Positions 62,442-64,000 of a stretch of 64,000 bases of DNA are shown here, piece by piece. The position numbers and the translations under genes are program-made. A model generated the notes under the pieces. It had not been told where the DNA came from. It worked only from the letters and a program-made list of their open reading frames with translations, and made no database searches. This DNA is from Burkholderiales bacterium (GTDB taxonomy: Bacteria > Pseudomonadota > Gammaproteobacteria > Burkholderiales > SG8-39). Within the stretch, counting starts at the first letter, position 1. Each line of letters opens with the position of its first letter. The DNA is taken from contig DATJXO010000091.1 in NCBI GenBank assembly GCA_035500055.1, positions 1,197-65,196 on the forward strand, written 5' to 3'.

Positions 62442-62777
62442 ATGCGCCGCGCTCTGCTCTCCGCGCTCGCAGCCGCCGCGCTCGCGGCGGCCGGCGCCGC
62501 GCGCGCGCAGCAGCCGCCGCCGAAGCTCGAGCCGCTGCCGGAGGCGCCGCCGCCGGCGGCCGACTCGGGCGACGAGCCGCGCGTGCAGATCAAGCCGCAG
62601 GAAGGCGAACGCGTGGAGGAAGTGCGCGACGGCGGGCGCGTGGTGATGCTGAAGGTGACCCCGGCGCACGGCGCACCCTACTACCTGATCGACACCGGCC
62701 CGGGAGGCTGGATACGGCGCGACTCGCTCGACCCCGGCGTGCGCGTGCCGATGTGGACGATCAAGACCTTCGACTGA
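62442..62777 (+). CDS. DUF2782-family secreted protein
   Basis: Signal peptide. ...VEEVRDGGRVVMLKVTPAHGAPYYLID... Confidence 0.75.
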   Translation: MRRALLSALAAAALAAAGAARAQQPPPKLEPLPEAPPPAADSGDEPRVQIKPQEGERVEEVRDGGRVVMLKVTPAHGAPYYLIDTGPGGWIRRDSLDPGVRVPMWTIKTFD

Positions 62778-62778
62778 T

Positions 62779-63735
62779 TTGTCGGTCTTCACCCCCGTTT
62801 CGCAGGGCCAGCTCGCCGCCTGGCTGAGGAGCTACGCCGTCGGCGCGCCCTCGGCGCTGGAGCCGATCGAGGCGGGGATCGAGAACACGAACTTCTTCGT
62901 CACGACGACGCAGGGCCGCTACGTGCTGACCCTGTTCGAGCGGCTGCGCGCCGACGAGCTGGAGTTCTGCATCGGGCTGATGGCGCACCTCGCGCGCCAC
63001 GGCATCCCGTGCCCGGCGCCGATCGCCGACCTCGATGACCGGTATCTCTCGGTGCTGAACGGCAAGCCCGCGGCGCTGGTGACGCGCCTGGAAGGGCGCT
63101 CGGTCGAGCACCCGGGCGCGGCGGAATGCGCCGAGCTCGGCGCCGTGCTGGCACGCATGCACCTGGCGGCGCGGTCCTACGCCGGCGCGCTGGACAATCC
63201 GCGCGGCGCGGCGTGGCGGCGCGCGACCGCGGCGCAGGTGCGGCCGTTCCTCGGCGCCGCCGACGCGAAGCTGCTCGATGCCGAGCTGGGTTTCCAGGAG
63301 GCGGCCGTGCTCGCCGCGCTGCCGCGCGGCGCGGTGCACGCCGACCTGTTCAGGGATAACGCGCTGTTCCGCGGCGGGCGCATCAGCGGCATCGTCGATT
63401 TCTACTTCGCGGGCGTCGAGTGCCTGCTGTACGACGTCGCGGTGTGCGTCAACGACTGGTGCCTCGTCGACCCCGCAGCCGACCGGCGCCTGGACGAGGC
63501 GCGCACCCGCGCCCTGCTCGGCGCGTACCGCGCGGTGCGCCCGCTCGGCGAGCCGGAGCGCGCCGCCTGGCCGGCGCTGCTGCGCGCCGCCGCGCTGCGC
63601 TTCTGGCTTTCCCGGCTGCACGACTTTCACCTGCCGCGGGCCGGGGAGCTGGTGCGGGTGCACGATCCCGAGCATTTCCGCGACATCCTCGCTCTGCGTG
63701 CCGCGCCCGGCGCGGCGCTTTACTGGGAGGGCTGA
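62779..63735 (+). CDS. thrB: Homoserine kinase, ThrB type II (APH fold)
   Basis: (TTG start) SVFTPVSQGQLAAWL..., GIENTNFFV, HADLFRDNALF, IVDFYFAG. Confidence 0.9.
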   Translation: MSVFTPVSQGQLAAWLRSYAVGAPSALEPIEAGIENTNFFVTTTQGRYVLTLFERLRADELEFCIGLMAHLARHGIPCPAPIADLDDRYLSVLNGKPAALVTRLEGRSVEHPGAAECAELGAVLARMHLAARSYAGALDNPRGAAWRRATAAQVRPFLGAADAKLLDAELGFQEAAVLAALPRGAVHADLFRDNALFRGGRISGIVDFYFAGVECLLYDVAVCVNDWCLVDPAADRRLDEARTRALLGAYRAVRPLGEPERAAWPALLRAAALRFWLSRLHDFHLPRAGELVRVHDPEHFRDILALRAAPGAALYWEG

Positions 63736-63740
63736 CCCCG

Positions 63741-64000
63741 GTGCGCGCCAACCGGCTCCCCGCGGCGAGCGGCCTGCGCTGGATCGCGGGCGGCTTCCTC
63801 ATCTTCCGCGCCGCGCCGCTGCGGCAGCTCGCGCTCGACATCGTCGCCCTGCTGGCGGCGAATGTCGCGTTCTCGCTTCCCGTAGCGGGATTCCCGGCCA
63901 CGTGGCTGCTGCTGCCCGCGCTCGTGGTCGGCCTGCATACGCTGGCGCGCTCGGCCGCGCTCGGCTCGCCGCCGCGCTTCGCGGATATCTTCGCCGGGTT
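63741..64000 (+). CDS. Hypothetical integral membrane protein, 5' part (runs off window)
   Basis: Own translation from GTG 63741: VRANRLPAASGLRWIAGGFLIFRAAPLRQLALDIVALLAANVAFSLPVAGFPATWLLLPALVVGLHTLARSAA... Open to the window end, with hydrophobic segments. Not in the ORF track. Confidence 0.5.
   Translation, partial: MRANRLPAASGLRWIAGGFLIFRAAPLRQLALDIVALLAANVAFSLPVAGFPATWLLLPALVVGLHTLARSAALGSPPRFADIFAG

Noticed and set aside
59557-62646. 1029-aa plus-strand ORF, the longest in the window
   Set aside because: Antisense shadow of polA. The minus strand shows all Pol I motifs.

Overview
High-GC proteobacterial chromosome segment. Spot counts give about 70-75% GC in most genes. The gene order looks Betaproteobacteria/Burkholderiales-like: accBC-prmA, mpl, aroE-mtgA, hemL-thiE-thiD-rubredoxin, yqgE-ruvX-pyrR-pyrB-pyrC', rlpA-dacC-dat-ybeD-lipB-lipA, polA/thrB. 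I call 70 CDS, 2 of them truncated by the window edges. I found no rRNA, tRNA, CRISPR array, transposase or integrase. Because of the GC content, the supplied ORF track is dominated by long antisense shadow ORFs and false N-terminal extensions. I re-derived starts from recognisable N-termini, and metH at the left edge is missing from the track altogether. Genes are tightly packed, with many ATGA/GTGA stop-start overlaps. Content by region: (i) 2.5-22.3 kb is an aromatic-acid catabolic region. It holds pobA, pcaB, a 9-gene operon with pcaHG embedded among non-beta-ketoadipate enzymes, a Liv-type ABC importer, an aryl-CoA ligase and a MarR regulator. (ii) 22.3-25.3 kb is a porin-glnK-amtB operon with a readable sigma-54/IHF/NtrC-type promoter. 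(iii) 25.3-55.6 kb is housekeeping, interrupted by a histidine kinase plus a Hanks Ser/Thr kinase fused to two receiver domains. (iv) 55.6-59.7 kb is a small accessory stretch: an EF-hand/BON protein, DUF4197, two secreted unknowns, a retropepsin-like protease, a low-GC VOC gene and an NAD(P)-binding protein. (v) polA, DUF2782 and thrB close the window. Best candidates for something new are the HK -> STK-REC-REC signalling pair, the FAD-oxidoreductase/MetE-like Zn-alkyltransferase/FMO module inside the pcaHG operon, and a triad-less trypsin-fold/PDZ protein coupled to pobA. None of these is proven from sequence alone. All family assignments are from my own reading of motifs, not from database searches.
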